Source: Bacteroidota bacterium
Lineage (GTDB): Bacteria > Bacteroidota > Bacteroidia > AKYH767-A > JAHEYN01
DNA: 64,000 nt
NCBI GenBank assembly: GCA_947448795.1
Contig: CANFOZ010000001.1
Location: 52,662 to 116,661, forward strand
Direction of reading: 5' to 3'
Within the stretch, counting starts at the first letter, position 1. Each line of letters opens with the position of its first letter. The notes under the pieces were generated by a model that was not told the origin of the DNA, did no database searches, and worked only from the letters and a program-made list of their open reading frames with translations. Made by a program: the position numbers and the translations under genes. Of this stretch, positions 28,733 through 38,223 are shown piece after piece.

Positions 28733-29251
28733 TCAATTGACTCCGGAAAGCGCCTTATGCGCCTTTCTCTTCCTGCGACTGTGATGTTGAAAAGTATTCG
28801 AAAGAATACTGATGTTCCCATCTACCTCAAGTATCGCCAGATTTACTTCTTTGATCGAGTTCACGCCGTGCTCGCGAATAGCCGCCTCCAGTTCCTCAAT
28901 TGATATTTTTTCTTGCTCTAAATTTTTAACGATGAGTTGCCCTTGGTGAATCAACATCACTGGCTCGCCTTGTATAAACCGACTTGCTTTTTTGCTACGA
29001 AAGAGTACTTCTTTCAATACCGCATTCAAAAGAAAAAGTGCGCCGGCCGCCACCAGTCCGCCTTGCAAGGACGTGTCGCTGCCAACCATTGCATTCTGTA
29101 CCGAGTTGCTGATGAGTAAAATAAAAACCAAATCAACCACCGAGAGTTGAGAGATTTCCTTTTTTCCGAATAAACGAATAGCAAGTACAATGAAGACATA
29201 CACAGCACATGTTTTGCCAATGATTGGCCAATAAGGACTTAGTAATTCCAT
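28733..29251 (-). CDS. DUF421/YetF-like membrane protein
   Basis: 172 aa. N-terminal TM helices are followed by a soluble C-domain (...IEELEAAIREHGVNSIKEVNLAILEVDGNISIL), characteristic of the YetF family. Confidence 0.5.
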   Translation of the reverse strand: MELLSPYWPIIGKTCAVYVFIVLAIRLFGKKEISQLSVVDLVFILLISNSVQNAMVGSDTSLQGGLVAAGALFLLNAVLKEVLFRSKKASRFIQGEPVMLIHQGQLIVKNLEQEKISIEELEAAIREHGVNSIKEVNLAILEVDGNISILSNTFQHHSRRKRKAHKALSGVN

Positions 29252-29292
29252 GCTTGGTTTATATTAAAAGAGGATGAAAGATACTTATTATC

Positions 29293-31932
29293 TCAACGCT
29301 TTTTACTTAATAAGATTTTGATCTCATTAAGTTTCATCAGGGCTTCAACGGGGGTAAGTGTGTTGATGTCGATGTTCAAAATGTCTTCGCGAATCTCTTC
29401 TAACAAAGGATCGTCGAGCTGAAAGAAACTGAGCTGAAAGTCGCTGTTTGATGCGCTGCCTTGTTTGCTCGGCTTGCCTTTCGTTTCTGAAGGGTGCTTG
29501 GTTTCGAGCACCTTCAGCATATCGTTGGCGCGTTGTATTACTTTGTAGGGCATGCCCGCCATTTTAGCCACGTGGATACCAAAGCTATGGTTACTGCCGC
29601 CTTGCACCAGCTTGCGCATAAACAAAACCTTGTTGCCGATTTCCTTCACAGACACATTGAAATTGTGAATGCGCTCGAAGCGATCAGCCATGTCGTTTAG
29701 CTCGTGATAGTGGGTAGCAAAGAGCGTCTTGGCTTTGGCTTGCGGCTGCTCGTGCAAAAATTCAGCGATGGCCCAAGCGATACTGATGCCGTCGTAGGTG
29801 CTGGTGCCACGACCAATCTCGTCAAGCAGTATTAAGCTGCGATCGGAGAGGTTGTTTAGGATGCTTGCCGTTTCGTTCATCTCCACCATGAAGGTTGATT
29901 CGCCAGATGAGATGTTGTCGGATGCTCCAACGCGCGTAAAAATTTTATCGACTAAGCCGATGCTGGCAGCCGATGCTGGCACGAAACTACCCATCTGAGC
30001 CATAAGCGTGATCAGTGCAGTCTGTCTGAGGATCGCTGATTTACCCGACATGTTCGGACCTGTGATCATGATGATCTGCTGCGTATCGTTATCGAGGTAA
30101 ATATCGTTGGCAATATACTCTTCGCCCGTTGGTAGTTGCTTCTCAATAACAGGATGACGGCCGTTTTTAATATCGATTACTTTCGATGCGTTTAAGTTCG
30201 GCTTAACGTAGTTGTTTGCGATTGCTGTTTCAGCAAAAGAAGAAAGGCAATCCAAGCGAGCGATAAGTGAAGCATTGTATTGCACGGGTTGGGTGAAGTC
30301 GGCAAGGAACAGCACAAGATCATTAAGCAAGCGTGTCTCGAGGGCGAGGATTTTTTCTTCTGCTCCCAAGATTTTTTCTTCGTAATTTTTCAGTTCTTCG
30401 GTGATGTAACGCTCAGCGTTGGTGAGTGTCTGCTTACGAATCCAAGCCGCAGGCACTTTGCTCTTGTGTGCGTGTGTCACTTCGATGTAGTACCCAAAGA
30501 CATTGTTGAAGGACACTTTCAGCGACGGGATGCCGGTGCTTTCCGATTCGCGTTGTTGTATTTGAAGCAGGTAGTCTTTGCCTGCATAGGCTATCTGTCG
30601 AAGCTCATCGAGATCGGCGTTCACCCCATCGGCAATCACCTTGCCTTTGCTAATCTGCTGTGCCGGTTCGGCCACCATTTCGCGTTCGATGCGTTCTCTA
30701 GCAGCCATGCACAGATTGAGTTGTTCTCCGATCTTTTGCAAAGACTTGGATGCCGCACTAGCACACAGTTTTTTCACCGGTTCGAGGCAGGTAAGGGCGC
30801 GCTTAAGCTGCACCACTTCACGCGGCACAATCTTGCCAAGATGAATCTTCGAGATGAGTCGCTCGAGGTCGCCAATCTGTTTTATTTGATGAATGAATTG
30901 CTGGTTGAGCTCGTTGTTATGCACCAGGTGCGAAACCACTTCTTGTCGCTCCTCAATAGGTGCGATTTCTTTTAGCGGCAGCATGATCCAGCGCTTCATT
31001 AGGCGCGCACCCATCGGCGATGCGGTGTTATCGATAACATCGATAAGGGTGCATGCTTTATCGTTCACAGACGAAACGAGCTCGAGGTTTCGGATTGTAA
31101 AGCGGTCAAGCCACATGTACTTATCTTCTTCGATGCGGGCTATCGATGCGATGTGCTTGAGGTTGTGATGCTGTGTCTCGCCGAGGTAATGGATGATAGC
31201 ACCAGCGGCCACAATAGCGTCTTTCATTTCATCTATACCAAAACCCTTCAGCGAGTTGGTGGCGAAATGCTTGCGCAGGTTTTCGGAGGTGTAATCGTAT
31301 TGAAAAATCCATTCATCCAGGGTGTAGGTGTAAAATTGATCACCGTGTTGTTGGATGAATTCTTTCTGTTTGTTTTTTTGAAAAAGGATTTCGCTCGGCT
31401 TGAAGTTTTGCAAGAGTTTGTCGATGTAAGCGGCATTGCCTTGTGCCGCGAGAAACTCGCCTGTTGAGATATCCACGAAAGCGATGCCAAGCTGCTGTTC
31501 GCCGTAGTGTATAGCGGCAAGAAAATTATTCGTTTTATGATCAAGAATTTTATCGCTCGTTGATACGCCGGGTGTCACAAGCTCAGTGACGCCGCGTTTC
31601 ACAATGGTTTTGGTAAGTTTTGGATCTTCGAGCTGGTCGCAGATGGCTACACGCTGCCCAGCGCGCACCAACCGTGGCAAGTAGGAGTCGAGGGAGTGGT
31701 AAGGAAAGCCAGCGAGCTCAATGAAGGTTGCAGAACCATTGGCTCTGCGTGTAAGCACGATACCCAAGATCTTGGAGGTCTTCACGGCATCCTGCCCAAA
31801 GGTCTCATAAAAGTCGCCCACGCGAAACAGCAGCAGTGCATCGGGATGCTTTGCCTTGATCGCGTTGTACTGACTCATCAGCGGGGTCTCTTTGTCTGCT
31901 GTCTTGGCCTTCTCTGTCTTCTCCTTTTTCAT
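29293..31932 (-). CDS. mutS: DNA mismatch repair protein MutS
   Basis: 879 aa. N-terminal mismatch-binding region ([30 protein letters not shown]), Walker [11 protein letters not shown] and the motif [18 protein letters not shown]. Confidence 0.9.
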   Translation of the reverse strand: MKKEKTEKAKTADKETPLMSQYNAIKAKHPDALLLFRVGDFYETFGQDAVKTSKILGIVLTRRANGSATFIELAGFPYHSLDSYLPRLVRAGQRVAICDQLEDPKLTKTIVKRGVTELVTPGVSTSDKILDHKTNNFLAAIHYGEQQLGIAFVDISTGEFLAAQGNAAYIDKLLQNFKPSEILFQKNKQKEFIQQHGDQFYTYTLDEWIFQYDYTSENLRKHFATNSLKGFGIDEMKDAIVAAGAIIHYLGETQHHNLKHIASIARIEEDKYMWLDRFTIRNLELVSSVNDKACTLIDVIDNTASPMGARLMKRWIMLPLKEIAPIEERQEVVSHLVHNNELNQQFIHQIKQIGDLERLISKIHLGKIVPREVVQLKRALTCLEPVKKLCASAASKSLQKIGEQLNLCMAARERIEREMVAEPAQQISKGKVIADGVNADLDELRQIAYAGKDYLLQIQQRESESTGIPSLKVSFNNVFGYYIEVTHAHKSKVPAAWIRKQTLTNAERYITEELKNYEEKILGAEEKILALETRLLNDLVLFLADFTQPVQYNASLIARLDCLSSFAETAIANNYVKPNLNASKVIDIKNGRHPVIEKQLPTGEEYIANDIYLDNDTQQIIMITGPNMSGKSAILRQTALITLMAQMGSFVPASAASIGLVDKIFTRVGASDNISSGESTFMVEMNETASILNNLSDRSLILLDEIGRGTSTYDGISIAWAIAEFLHEQPQAKAKTLFATHYHELNDMADRFERIHNFNVSVKEIGNKVLFMRKLVQGGSNHSFGIHVAKMAGMPYKVIQRANDMLKVLETKHPSETKGKPSKQGSASNSDFQLSFFQLDDPLLEEIREDILNIDINTLTPVEALMKLNEIKILLSKKR

Positions 31933-32025
31933 GCGAGGTAAAAATACGAAAGTCGCATTGAATTATATCCATGATTGATGAATCCGGTAGATGTTGGCCG
32001 GCGGATAAATTAGTAATTTAGCGGC

Positions 32026-32571
32026 ATGGCTTTCCGCAAACTTTCGATGGATGAACTAGGTCGTCTTACGGCCGAGGAGATGCGTGATGCATCGAAGTCG
32101 CCTTTTGTTATCGTGCTCGACAATGTCCGCAGTGCACTCAATGTGGGCTCGGTGTTTCGCACAGCCGATGCTTTTCGTGCTGAAGCGGTGTACCTCTGTG
32201 GCATCACCGCCTGTCCGCCCAACCGCGACATTGAGAAGACCGCCCTTGGCGCTACGGATAGCGTTGCCTGGCGGCAATTTTCTACCACGCTCGAAGCGGT
32301 TCAGGAGTTGAGGGCAGCCGGCTACCGCATACATGCTGTTGAGCAGGCCGTTGGTAGCACCATGCTGGATGATTTTAGTCCGAGCTTGACCGAAAAGCAT
32401 GCGCTCGTTTTTGGACACGAGGTATTTGGTGTTGATGATCAAGTATTGGCCTCAGCGGATACCTGTCTTGAAATACCACAACATGGCTCCAAGCATTCAT
32501 TAAATGTCTCCGTAAGTGCGGGCATTGTTGCCTGGCATTTTTTAACCGCCTTTAAATCTAAAACAGCATGA
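32026..32571 (+). CDS. SpoU/TrmH-family RNA 2'-O-methyltransferase
   Basis: 181 aa with SpoU motifs (VIVLDNVRSALNVGSVFRTADAF, ALVFGHEVFGV). Confidence 0.75.
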   Translation: MAFRKLSMDELGRLTAEEMRDASKSPFVIVLDNVRSALNVGSVFRTADAFRAEAVYLCGITACPPNRDIEKTALGATDSVAWRQFSTTLEAVQELRAAGYRIHAVEQAVGSTMLDDFSPSLTEKHALVFGHEVFGVDDQVLASADTCLEIPQHGSKHSLNVSVSAGIVAWHFLTAFKSKTA

Positions 32572-33539
32572 TTGTAATTACCGGTGCAGCAGGATTTATC
32601 GGAAGCTGTCTTGTTCAGCAACTCAACGATGAGGGCTTCAATGATCTCGTATTAGTGGATGATTTCTTTTCCGAAAAGGCGACAAGCAATGTTGCGGGTA
32701 AGAAATACAGCAAGTTGGTTGAGCGTGCTGTTTTTATCGATTGGCTTAAAGAGCATCACCTGTTGGTTCAGTTTGTATTTCATATCGGGGCACGCACCGA
32801 TACCACCGAGTTCAATGTGGATATCTTCAATGCATTAAACCTCCACTATTCCAAGGCCGTTTGGGCTTGCTGTGTGGAGTTTGGCTTGCCTTTGGTGTAT
32901 GCTTCTTCGGCGGCCACCTATGGCAATGGCGAGCACGGCTATGCCGACGATCATGCAACAATTCCATCGCTAAAACCACTTAACCCATACGGCGATTCAA
33001 AGCAGCTTTTTGATGTTTGGGCGCTTGAACAAAAGCGTAAACCATACTTTTGGACGGGCCTCAAATTCTTCAATGTATATGGCCCAAACGAATACCAGAA
33101 AGGCCGCATGGCTTCTGTTATATTCCATGCTTTCAAACAAATTAACGAGAAAGGCGGCATGCGTCTTTTTCGCTCGCATAAAGAAGGTTTTAAAGATGGT
33201 GAGCAGCTGCGCGACTTCATCTATGTAAAAGACTTGGTGCAGGTTTGTCTGTTTTTAATGCGTCACCGCAAAGGCGAAAACAACGGTATCTACAATTTAG
33301 GAACGGGTAAAGCGCGTACTTTTTTGGACCTTGCGCGTGCCGTCTTCAAATCACTAAACAAGCCGGAGCAAATTGAATGGGTTGATACGCCTGAAGATAT
33401 TCGTGATAAGTATCAGTATTTTACAGAGGCGCGTATGGAGAAGCTGCGCGCCATTGGATATACCCAACCGTTCCATTCCTTGGAGGATGGCGTGGACGAT
33501 TATGTTCGCAACTACCTGTTGCCCAATCGGCTGTTTTAA
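32568..33539 (+). CDS. hldD: ADP-L-glycero-D-manno-heptose-6-epimerase
   Basis: 323 aa. Rossmann N-terminus MIVITGAAGFIGSCLVQQL and an SDR-extended catalytic Y..K (YGDSK). It overlaps the trmH-like stop by 4 nt. Confidence 0.8.
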   Translation: MIVITGAAGFIGSCLVQQLNDEGFNDLVLVDDFFSEKATSNVAGKKYSKLVERAVFIDWLKEHHLLVQFVFHIGARTDTTEFNVDIFNALNLHYSKAVWACCVEFGLPLVYASSAATYGNGEHGYADDHATIPSLKPLNPYGDSKQLFDVWALEQKRKPYFWTGLKFFNVYGPNEYQKGRMASVIFHAFKQINEKGGMRLFRSHKEGFKDGEQLRDFIYVKDLVQVCLFLMRHRKGENNGIYNLGTGKARTFLDLARAVFKSLNKPEQIEWVDTPEDIRDKYQYFTEARMEKLRAIGYTQPFHSLEDGVDDYVRNYLLPNRLF

Positions 33540-33540
33540 G

Positions 33541-33909
33541 TTAATGCAACAAGCCGAAAAGCTTCGGCGCAAAAATGATGCAGCCAATGATTGCTGCTGC
33601 CAAGGAAGTCAAGAGGACTGCACCTGCCGCTAGGTCTTTGATGTTCCCTGCCGTTTGGTGGTAATCGGGCCATAGCTTATCAACGAGTAACTCAATTGCC
33701 GAGTTCATCAGCTCCATTGCCAATACCAATCCGATGCAGACAACTAGGGCAATCCATTCAGTTCGCGTGATTTTAAAATAAGAGCCGGCGAGCAAAACGA
33801 TTGCGGTGATGGTAAGAAGAATGCGCGCGCTGTATTCTCGTTTCATGAAAAAAAGAATACCCTTTAGGGCATAGGAAAAATTTTGGAAGATGTTGTATTT
33901 AGGCTTCAT
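33541..33909 (-). CDS. dgkA: Diacylglycerol/undecaprenol kinase family protein (DgkA-like)
   Basis: 122 aa with 3 TM helices. The size and hydropathy fit prokaryotic DgkA. Confidence 0.55.
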   Translation of the reverse strand: MKPKYNIFQNFSYALKGILFFMKREYSARILLTITAIVLLAGSYFKITRTEWIALVVCIGLVLAMELMNSAIELLVDKLWPDYHQTAGNIKDLAAGAVLLTSLAAAIIGCIIFAPKLFGLLH

Positions 33910-34300
33910 GGTCCGGGGTTGGAATCGGCGTCCTTTGCGACTCTTCTGAAGCGGTGTGTGGCTCGCTTAACTGCTTGCGCAGCTCCACTAGAAATTCGCG
34001 TACGCGTATCAGCGATTGTGTCATCTCCGTTTCTTTTACTGCGTCATTTTTGCCCATGCGCAGCTTGTCTTTCGCACCTTGAATGGTGTAGCCTTTAACT
34101 TTTACAAGATGGTAGATCAAGCGCAAGGTTTCCAAGTCGGCCGTGGTAAACTGCCGATTCCCTTTCTTTGTTTTGGATGGCTTAAGCAGATCAAATTCTT
34201 TTTCCCAGAAACGTATAAGGGATGCGTTCACCTGAAACTGTTCAGCTACTTCGCTGATGCTATAAAAAAGCTTCTCGTCTTCTTTCTCTTTCCAGGGCAT
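33899..34300 (-). CDS. MerR-family transcriptional regulator
   Basis: 133 aa. MerR-type HTH is present (YSISEVAEQFQVNASLIRFWEKEF). It overlaps the downstream dgkA-like start by 11 nt. Confidence 0.65.
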   Translation of the reverse strand: MPWKEKEDEKLFYSISEVAEQFQVNASLIRFWEKEFDLLKPSKTKKGNRQFTTADLETLRLIYHLVKVKGYTIQGAKDKLRMGKNDAVKETEMTQSLIRVREFLVELRKQLSEPHTASEESQRTPIPTPDHEA

Positions 34301-34352
34301 ATAATAGACTAAGGAATCAACGCGTTGCAGCAGGCGAAAAGGCCATGCCGCA

Positions 34353-35324
34353 TCAGTCGAAACTTTGATTGCTTTGAGAGGAGATGGTAAGTACCTCGTC
34401 GTATTCGTTAGCAGTGAGGTCGTTGAAGAAGAAGTTGATCGGGTTGATCTTGGTGCCCGCCTTGATTACTTCATAGTGCACGTGTGGCCCGGTCGATTTG
34501 CCAGTGCTGCCAACAAAGCCAATAATATCGCCACGCTTCACTTTCTGTCCAGGGCGAACATTCAATCGGCTGCAATGGCCGTATAAAGATTGATATCCGA
34601 AGCCATGGCTAATTACCACGCAGCGACCGTAACCGCCCTTGTCCATGTCGGCCGTTGTTATCACCCCGTTGCCCGTTGCATAGATTGGTGTACCAACCGC
34701 TGCGGTGAAGTCAATGCCTTCATGAAACTTAATCGTTTTATAAACAGGGTCAACACGGTGTCCAAAACCCGAGGCAATCATTTTTAAATTCTTGTTTGAA
34801 ATAGGTTGGATGGCAGGGATCGATGCTAACATTTCTTGCTTGTCCTTGGCTAGCTTCATGATTTCGTCGAAGGATTTTGATTGCACATACAACTCCTTGG
34901 AAATCTTATCTAACTTCTTGGTTGTTTCGATAACCAAGTCAGCGTTGTCGAAGCGCTCTAAATCTTTGTATTTATTAACACCGCCAAAGCCCGCTTTACG
35001 GATGTTTTCAGGAATTGGTTCGGCTTCGAAGATCGTTCGGTAAATGTTATCGTCACGATCTTGCAAGTCGGCAATCACCGCATTTACTTGCGAAAGGCGA
35101 TCGTTGAGCAGGTCGTATTGTAGCTGCAATTGCCCAATCTCACGCTTTAGCTGCTTCTCTTTCGGTGAATCGAGATAGTTGTATGCAAAGAAGAGAATCA
35201 CCGAAGCGAAAACTACGGCCGTTGAAAGAAATCCCAATACGCGGCCAACCCGTTTCCAGATGCTAACAACCACTTTCTCATACTTGAGGGAGTGGATATT
35301 AAAATGATATTTGACCTTCGGCAT
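34353..35324 (-). CDS. M23 family metallopeptidase (membrane-anchored, coiled-coil region)
   Basis: 323 aa. It has an N-terminal TM, a coiled coil, then M23 motifs HEGIDFTAAVGTPIYATGNGVI and GSTGKSTGPHVHYEV. Confidence 0.75.
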   Translation of the reverse strand: MPKVKYHFNIHSLKYEKVVVSIWKRVGRVLGFLSTAVVFASVILFFAYNYLDSPKEKQLKREIGQLQLQYDLLNDRLSQVNAVIADLQDRDDNIYRTIFEAEPIPENIRKAGFGGVNKYKDLERFDNADLVIETTKKLDKISKELYVQSKSFDEIMKLAKDKQEMLASIPAIQPISNKNLKMIASGFGHRVDPVYKTIKFHEGIDFTAAVGTPIYATGNGVITTADMDKGGYGRCVVISHGFGYQSLYGHCSRLNVRPGQKVKRGDIIGFVGSTGKSTGPHVHYEVIKAGTKINPINFFFNDLTANEYDEVLTISSQSNQSFD

Positions 35325-35526
35325 TTCTTGAGCTTCGAATAAAATGGTATAAATTTGCCACTCATTCCGAAAGCAAAGATAGTAAAATCTTTAAAAAAGC
35401 ATAGCTTGGATTGATGTTAAGTTCTTGAAGCAAGGCTCAAAAGCCTGAATTTCAAGTTTTTATAAATTAGTTTTGCAAAGTTTTTGATTTTTTTGTATAT
35501 TCCTTAGACGCTCTATACACTACCCT

Positions 35527-38223
35527 ATGATGACATCCCGCGCCATACGCCAGACTTTTCTGGATTTTTTTAGTTCCAAACAACATGCTATTGTGCCCTC
35601 TGCGCCGATGGTAGTGAAGAACGATCCTACCCTGATGTTTACAAACGCAGGGATGAATCAATTCAAGGACATTTTTTTAGGCAATTCGCCTGCGAAAAGT
35701 CCGCGTATTGCGGATACGCAGAAGTGCCTGCGTGTATCGGGTAAGCACAACGATCTGGAAGAGGTTGGGCTCGACACCTATCACCACACTATGTTTGAGA
35801 TGCTGGGCAACTGGAGCTTTGGAGATTATTTCAAGGAAGATGCGATCGCTTGGGCTTGGGAGCTGCTCACCGAGGTATATAAATTACCCAAGGATCGTCT
35901 TTATGTGACGGTGTTTGAAGGGGATGCTAAAGAGCAGCTTGCCTTTGATCAGGATGCCTATGATTTTTGGAAAAAGTGGATCGCCGAGGACCGTATCCTT
36001 CGTGGCAATAAAAAAGATAATTTTTGGGAGATGGGGGAGAGCGGTCCTTGTGGACCTTGCTCTGAGATACACATCGATTTGCGTTCGGATGCAGAACGTG
36101 CTAAGACAGATGGCAAAGCGCTCGTCAACGCCAGCCATCCGCAGGTGATTGAGATTTGGAACAATGTGTTCATGGAGTTCAACCGCCGTGCGAATGGTTC
36201 ATTGGAGCCCTTGCCCGCAAAGCATGTTGACACGGGAATGGGTTTCGAGCGACTTTGTATGGCCCTGCAAGGCAAGACATCGAACTACGATACGGATGTT
36301 TTTCAACCCCTAATTCGTGTGCTTGCTGATGAAGCGAAGACAAGCTATGGCAAGGACGAGAAGATGGATATCGCCATGCGTGTGGCTGCCGATCACATAC
36401 GCGCCATTGCTTTTGCCATTGCTGATGGTCAGCTTCCATCCAACAACAAAGCCGGTTATGTAATTCGTCGCATCTTGCGTCGTGCCGTTCGGTATGGCTA
36501 TACCTTCTTGAATTTCCGCGAGCCTTTCTTGCATCGTTTGGTGCCGGTGCTTGCAGAACAGTTTGATGGCGTGTTTCCTGAGCTGATTGCACAACAGGCT
36601 TTTATAAGCAAAGTGATTCAAGAGGAGGAAGCGTCTTTCTTCCGCACCTTGGACAACGGGATAAAAAACTTTCACAACTATGTTCAAAAAGGAAAAGGAG
36701 TTATTAAGTTGGAAGACATTCCTGACATGGACATGGAAGACCGAGTTAAATACGAGGTAAAAGCCAAGGATCAGAAAATGATCTCTGGATTCTTTGCCTT
36801 CGAGCTCTTTGATACGTATGGCTTCCCTATCGACCTCACGCAGCTTATGGCGCGCGAGATTGGCTGGACCGTTGACATGGATGGCTTCGACAGTTGCCTT
36901 GAGCAACAGAAGAATCGCTCTCGTGCCGCATCTGCAGTAGATACTGGCGATTGGACGATCCTGCGCGAAGGCGAAGAGACCGAGTTTCTTGCCTACGATC
37001 ACCTTTCCTCTTCAGTTGAAATAATGAAGTATAGAAAAGTGAAGGCCAAGGATAAAGAACACTATCAATTGGTGTTTAACCGTACTCCTTTTTATGCTGA
37101 GAGTGGCGGGCAGGTGGGCGATTCCGGCAGTTTAACGGACGAAAACAGCAAGGCCCAAATCCGTATAAGCGATACGCAGAAGGAGAACAACTTAATTATT
37201 CACTTCGCTGACGCGTTGCCGCTTGACCCTGTCGGAACTTTCTTGGCTGAGGTGGATGCTTCGCGTCGCGAGCTGATAACTTCTAACCATAGCGCGACCC
37301 ATTTGATGCATGCCGCTTTGCGCGAAGTGCTAGGCAAGCATGTGGCCCAGAAAGGGTCTTTGGTGAACGAAGAGATCACCCGTTTCGACTTCTCTCATTT
37401 TGCTAAACTAACCGAGGAAGAACTTGCGCGCATTGAGGACATCGTTAATGAGAAGCTGCGTCTGAATATTCCATTACAGGAGAAAAGAAACTTCCCAATA
37501 GAAGAGGCCAAGAAGCTGGGTGCTATGGCCCTTTTTGGCGAGAAGTATGGCGAGTTCGTGCGCGTGGTTACCTTCGATAAAGAGTTCTCGGTGGAGTTTT
37601 GCGGAGGTACGCATGTGAAGGCAACAGGCCAGATCGGTCTTTTTAAAATTCTTTCTGAAAGTGCAGTGGCTGCTGGTGTTCGTCGTGTTGAAGCCATTAC
37701 CAACAGAGGTGCTTTGAACTACGTGAACGCGCAGCTGCTTGTGATGCAGCAGGCCAAGGCCTTGCTGAAGGCGCAAGATCTGTCGGGCGGCATCGAGAAG
37801 CTCATGGAAGAGAATATAGCTTTGAAAAAAGAAGTGGAACAGCTTCTCCACGATAAAGTACAGCAGATAAAACAGGACTTGTTGACGCAGGTGCAGGCTA
37901 AAGATGGATTGAATTTCTTATCCGTTATTGTTCAGCTGCCCTCTGCCGCTGCGCTAAAAAACCTCAGCTTCGAGCTGAAGGCGCAGGTCACCAACCTTTT
38001 TCTCGTTTTAGGCGCGGAGATCGAAGGTAAGCCGCAGTTATCGGTGATGGTTTCGGAAGAGCTTGTGAAGGAGAAAAAGATGGACGCAGGTAAAATTGTA
38101 CGGGAGTTGGCTAAGGAGATTCAAGGCGGCGGCGGCGGTCAGGCTTTTTATGCAACAGCTGGAGGCAAACACCCTGCTGGATTAAAAGCAGCCATCGAAA
38201 AAGCGTCGACCTTTATTATCTAA
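35527..38223 (+). CDS. alaS: Alanine--tRNA ligase
   Basis: 898 aa. Class II catalytic core, editing domain HxxxH...CGGTH (SATHLMHAALREVLG, EFCGGTHV) and a C-terminal DHHA1 region. Confidence 0.95.
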   Translation: MMTSRAIRQTFLDFFSSKQHAIVPSAPMVVKNDPTLMFTNAGMNQFKDIFLGNSPAKSPRIADTQKCLRVSGKHNDLEEVGLDTYHHTMFEMLGNWSFGDYFKEDAIAWAWELLTEVYKLPKDRLYVTVFEGDAKEQLAFDQDAYDFWKKWIAEDRILRGNKKDNFWEMGESGPCGPCSEIHIDLRSDAERAKTDGKALVNASHPQVIEIWNNVFMEFNRRANGSLEPLPAKHVDTGMGFERLCMALQGKTSNYDTDVFQPLIRVLADEAKTSYGKDEKMDIAMRVAADHIRAIAFAIADGQLPSNNKAGYVIRRILRRAVRYGYTFLNFREPFLHRLVPVLAEQFDGVFPELIAQQAFISKVIQEEEASFFRTLDNGIKNFHNYVQKGKGVIKLEDIPDMDMEDRVKYEVKAKDQKMISGFFAFELFDTYGFPIDLTQLMAREIGWTVDMDGFDSCLEQQKNRSRAASAVDTGDWTILREGEETEFLAYDHLSSSVEIMKYRKVKAKDKEHYQLVFNRTPFYAESGGQVGDSGSLTDENSKAQIRISDTQKENNLIIHFADALPLDPVGTFLAEVDASRRELITSNHSATHLMHAALREVLGKHVAQKGSLVNEEITRFDFSHFAKLTEEELARIEDIVNEKLRLNIPLQEKRNFPIEEAKKLGAMALFGEKYGEFVRVVTFDKEFSVEFCGGTHVKATGQIGLFKILSESAVAAGVRRVEAITNRGALNYVNAQLLVMQQAKALLKAQDLSGGIEKLMEENIALKKEVEQLLHDKVQQIKQDLLTQVQAKDGLNFLSVIVQLPSAAALKNLSFELKAQVTNLFLVLGAEIEGKPQLSVMVSEELVKEKKMDAGKIVRELAKEIQGGGGGQAFYATAGGKHPAGLKAAIEKASTFII

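Noticed and set aside
30280-30975. 231-aa ORF on + strand
   Set aside because: Antisense to mutS. The mutS motifs are unambiguous on the minus strand.
35325-35526. Possible Bacteroidota sigma-A -7 box (TAGTTTTG, ~55 nt upstream of the alaS ATG)
   Set aside because: It matches the TAnnTTTG consensus, but such AT-rich octamers occur by chance. Without a -33 element assessment or TSS data I do not report it as a feature.
36310-37002. 230-aa minus-strand ORF and several others (35884-36592) inside alaS
   Set aside because: Antisense or alternative frames of the alaS gene.
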